In this document: positions 62,801-64,000 of the stretch, piece by piece | How positions within the stretch are numbered: the stretch's first letter is position 1 | How the letters are laid out: each line of letters opens with the position of its first letter | DNA from: Sphaerodactylus townsendi | Lineage: Eukaryota | Direction of reading: 5' to 3' | DNA: 64,000 nt | Assembly: GCF_021028975.2 (NCBI RefSeq) | Contig: NC_059432.1 | Location: 37,014,001-37,078,000, forward strand | Made by a program: the position numbers and the translations under genes | Notes under the pieces: generated by a model | Databases searched by the model: none | What the model saw: the letters and a program-made list of their open reading frames with translations, nothing else | What the model was told of the DNA's origin: nothing

Positions 62801-63122
62801 AAAGCAGCTGGGGATGGGCATGCACAGGAGAAATGTGTATGTGTGTATAGCTACTGTTCAATAAAAACAAGAAAGAAAGCATAATTCAAACTCAGGATAG
62901 TTTTCTGGTAGGATCTCAGATAGTTTTATGCTATGTAGAATTCCACAAGTTGGATCCTGTGAATCCATATAGATAATGGCACCCATGGCTTACAGCCCAC
63001 ACAGAGAGTTGTCATAACTCTTTGTTGGGGAGGAGATCTCTAACATTAGTAAAAAGGCTCCAATGTTGTATGTGTCATTTTCATACTCACAAAATCATCT
63101 GACCATTGATCGTCATCAGGCT
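35699..63122 (-). CDS. BLNK: B-cell linker protein (BLNK/SLP-65), 5'-partial; 19 coding exons in window, 1448 nt
   Basis: Manual spliced translation gives YENP/YVVP/YEPP/YVVP/YIEP tyrosine motifs, a proline-rich middle and a C-terminal SH2 domain. Every intron is GT-AG and phases chain without a stop until TAA at 35699-35701. Confidence 0.96.
37012..37323. mobile_element. GC-rich non-autonomous DNA element
   Basis: Inverted termini cagccccatc / gatggggctg around a GC-rich block in an AT-rich intron. Confidence 0.55.
37738..37893 (-). CDS. BLNK: BLNK exon, 156 nt, SH2 core: DGSFLVRKSSGQDSKQPYTLVVFYNKRVYNIPIRF..GEE
   Basis: tttag|GAT...GAG|gtagg; FLVR SH2 signature. Confidence 0.97.
38217..38410. 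mobile_element. Short Penelope-like insertion with inverted pLTR halves, 8-bp TSD ataaacca
   Basis: TSD at 38209-16 and 38411-18; the opposite fold-back arm shows the empty site. Confidence 0.85.
38739..39026 (-). mobile_element. Sauria SINE (Squam1), 10-bp TSD tttatgctat
   Basis: aaaggtaaag tail, agctgggtact.atttaccgacc..ggctgagt.gacc body and tRNA-like head; TSD at 38729-38 and 39027-36. Confidence 0.88.
39312..39582. mobile_element. hAT (Charlie-like) MITE with perfect 8-bp TSD atctagtg and internal duplications
   Basis: ~45-bp TIR caggggtctgcaacctgcggctctccagatg; TSD at 39304-11 and 39583-90. Confidence 0.92.
40544..40627 (-). CDS. BLNK: BLNK exon, 84 nt, SH2 start: DPSIHGKAWFTASSDRKIAEDALYRSNK
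   Basis: ccacag|GAC...AAG|gtata; human EAGVLCKPWYAGACDRKSAEEALHRSNK. Confidence 0.95.
41724..41791 (-). CDS. BLNK: BLNK exon, 68 nt: (R)SPDPLNRSLATPRSRISSTTEQ
   Basis: ttccttag|GA...CAG|gtata; ends EQ like human STISEQ. Confidence 0.87.
42029..42060 (-). CDS. BLNK: BLNK exon, 32 nt: (K)PLLQKPPFSL(R)
   Basis: gtttcag|A...A|gtaagt; QKP motif, phase 2 to 1. Confidence 0.87.
42833..42911 (-). CDS. BLNK: BLNK exon, 79 nt: (D)RPIPAERRQGSNHDLPLPPIPSNIH(K)
   Basis: acacag|AT...AA|gtaaa; human KPIPAERHRGSSH. Confidence 0.92.
44073..44115 (-). CDS. BLNK: BLNK exon, 43 nt: KPSLPGRDHPTMNE
   Basis: ttgcag|AAA...G|gtaaa; resembles recalled chicken KPCLPSRDTFTVNE. Confidence 0.87.
44857..44993 (-). pseudogene. 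7SL (SRP) RNA-derived fragment, 5' ~130 nt only
   Basis: Reverse complement GCCGGGCACAGTGGTGTGTGCCTGTAATCC...GGCTATGCCGACCAGGTGTCCACACTAAGTCCGGCATCAA aligns to the 7SL 5' half with CpG-decay substitutions. Confidence 0.9.
45599..45629 (-). CDS. BLNK: BLNK exon, 31 nt: (M)KKTPNPAIPS
   Basis: ctatag|G...TCA|gtaagt; phase 2 to 0, like the human KKPTTPL exon. Confidence 0.82.
46765..46837 (-). CDS. BLNK: BLNK exon, 73 nt: (S)HNSNGTQESKFPSGAVPSPLPRV(M)
   Basis: tttttttag|GT...AT|gtgagt; conserved PSPLPR. Confidence 0.92.
47343..47647. mobile_element. Old hAT-like MITE
   Basis: caggggaccccaac / gttggggacc termini; relative at ~15990-16068. Confidence 0.55.
47781..48040 (+). repeat. Imperfect ~150-bp direct repeat, 2 copies (probably TE-internal)
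   Basis: aaaatgg..cctgtatctct.ggaatccctt..atca.ag..gttt.aactgcattctg at ~47782 and ~47932. Confidence 0.7.
48353..48386 (-). CDS. BLNK: BLNK exon, 34 nt: DPDDFEVQSDE
   Basis: atttcag|GAT...A|gtaagt; phase 0 to 1 fits both neighbours; protein similarity weak. Confidence 0.72.
49203..49245 (-). CDS. BLNK: BLNK exon, 43 nt: (R)NFLPPPRNRHQLKF
   Basis: ttttccag|A...TTC|gtaagt; resembles recalled chicken RNILPLPRNRLHPK. Confidence 0.83.
49590..51308. mobile_element. PIF/Harbinger-like DNA transposon spanning an assembly gap
   Basis: ~46-bp imperfect TIR (gggcgtttccgcacagtgcatt..gagctcgacttgggtcc vs gggtgattccccacagcacatt..gagctcgacttgcgtcc), flanks tca/tta, CpG-rich ends. Confidence 0.75.
50637..50932. 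other. Assembly gap (296 N)
   Basis: Seen directly. Confidence 1.
51763..51861 (-). CDS. BLNK: BLNK exon, 99 nt: (R)ISKPLPPKPVQRAGGHSHVHNTAKELLKPDMS(R)
   Basis: ccaaaag|G...AG|gttag; resembles recalled chicken RFTKPLP..HSHMHS..KLDASR. Confidence 0.82.
52520..52822 (-). mobile_element. Squam3-type SINE
   Basis: Full-length copy matching the others. Confidence 0.9.
53479..53504 (-). CDS. BLNK: BLNK microexon, 26 nt: EKSSPPLT(R)
   Basis: aaacag|GAA...AG|gtaat; phase 0 to 2, required to join neighbouring exons; resembles recalled chicken EKSPPPPVTR. Confidence 0.8.
54751..54776 (-). CDS. BLNK: BLNK microexon, 26 nt: (D)VYEIPEEE
   Basis: ttttttttcag|AT...GAG|gtaag; phase 1 to 0; resembles recalled chicken YEVPEEE. 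Confidence 0.85.
57063..57158 (-). CDS. BLNK: BLNK exon, 96 nt: (P)PAVNRAVKP..PESPSML
   Basis: tctcag|CC...G|gtatg; PxVNRxxKP motif as in human APMVNRSTKP. Confidence 0.9.
58066..58153 (-). CDS. BLNK: BLNK exon, 88 nt: ADYVVPVDDEDEDDNYIEPTEESPPQPIK
   Basis: cctcag|GCA...C|gtaag; human Y178/Y189-equivalent motifs. Confidence 0.95.
58230..59146 (+). mobile_element. RTEX-like non-LTR retrotransposon 3' fragment, antisense to BLNK
   Basis: FKYWLRL..CSPVALGI..NVLPSAVLTGRF..RLCTC..DSTDHILLYCPLY with in-frame stops; tail tatgccaataaaggc; clade assignment tentative. Confidence 0.7.
59441..59758 (-). mobile_element. Squam3-type SINE
   Basis: Full-length copy with (GAA/GGA)n tail on +. Confidence 0.9.
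60454..60617 (-). CDS. BLNK: BLNK exon, 164 nt: (D)NRSSQQPP..KPKIPLKQQECTDNE
   Basis: atag|AC...GAG|gtaac; begins DNRSSQ as in human. Confidence 0.93.
61673..61829 (-). CDS. BLNK: BLNK exon, 157 nt: ENSDYENP..TYVVP..SYEPP..RGEYA
   Basis: ttctag|GAA...G|gtaat; three conserved phosphotyrosine motifs equivalent to human Y72/Y84/Y96. Confidence 0.96.
63091..63122 (-). CDS. BLNK: BLNK exon, 32 nt: (E)PDDDQWSDDF
   Basis: tttag|AG...TTT|gtgagt; matches human EQWSDDF exon. Confidence 0.9.
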
Positions 63123-63559
63123 CTAAAGCAAACAATTGAATTCAGTTGTTAGCCAAAATCTTTGAAGAAGCATGTAAGCAAGATAAAAAGTCCAAACCTC
63201 CCTTAATTCTTCAATTTTCTCTTCTGAAATTTTCAGTTTCCTAAATATACATTGGACTATACTCATATTGGTTCTTATAAATCCCAGTGGTTACTACGTA
63301 CACTTCAGTGAAATGCCGCTGATATCAGTGGAACTAACTCTTGTGCTTTGTTCGTAAGCATGCTTTGGAAAGTAAACCCTGCTGTGTTCTATGTAAACAT
63401 GTTTAATGTTGAGGCCTGGAACCACCTGGGATGCCTCTCCCCAGGATCTGAGGAACCCTTCCTCTAGTCTAGCCTCAGACAGGGCGTCTGGGTGCAACTG
63501 CATTTCAGTGGCCTTTTCCCAAGGCTAACAGGTCCTGAGTCTGGCCCAAAGGCAAAGCT

Positions 63560-64000
63560 ACAAGGGGGCCGGGGGATGCGTGTGGCACAGGTGCGCGCCT
63601 GGGGGAGGGGGATGCAAAAATTCAGGTTTGTGGTTTTTGTATTTTTTAGTGTTTTTCAGTTTTTGGCCTACAGGGGGTGCAGTTTTTAGGCTAGCAGCAC
63701 CAAAACTTCAGGGTATCTTTGAAGACTCTCCTGATGATACCATCCAGGTTTGGTGAGGTTTGATTCAGGGGGTCCAAAGTTATGGACTCCCAGAGGGGGT
63801 GCCGCCATCCCCCATTGTTTCCACTGGGAGCTAATAGGAGATGGAGGCTACACCTTTGAGGGTGCATAACTTTGGACCCCCTCAACCAAACTTCACCAAA
63901 CCTGGGTGATATCATCAGAAGAGTATCCTAAAGATACCCTGAAAGTTTGGTGCTGCTAGCCTTAAAACTGCACCCCCTGCAGACCAAAAACTGAACAAAA
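63560..64000. mobile_element. Gecko-type DNA element with internal ~130-bp inverted repeat; runs off the window
   Basis: 63660-63785 is the reverse complement of 63866-63990 (ggctagcagcaccaaa..gggtccaaagttatg). Confidence 0.7.

Overview
Vertebrate genomic DNA from a squamate, most likely a gecko (inferred from Squam3 and Sauria SINEs, CR1, Penelope and gecko-type hAT/Harbinger MITEs). Two convergent genes lie in the same order as at human 10q24. ZNF518A is on + (CpG-island promoter ~19.6-20.5 kb; one 1497-codon coding exon, 26212-30705). BLNK/SLP-65 is on -: I assembled 19 coding exons from 63122 down to the stop at 35699, all with GT-AG sites and consistent phases; the first exons lie beyond the window end. 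The first ~19 kb is intergenic and dense in transposon relics (L1, L2, CR1, RTEX-like, DIRS, Penelope, Tigger, hAT, Harbinger, SINEs). There is a 296-N assembly gap at 50637-50932. I see no support for a wholly new multi-gene system. The best leads are: a 5-exon, 76-codon in-frame BLNK block with no counterpart in human BLNK, including a microexon carrying an extra tyrosine motif; a 7SL-derived fragment; a fold-back element with three nested insertions beside a BLNK SH2 exon; and a Harbinger-like element carrying promoter-like CCAAT arrays. Family names and orthologue comparisons are from recalled consensus/protein sequences, not database searches.
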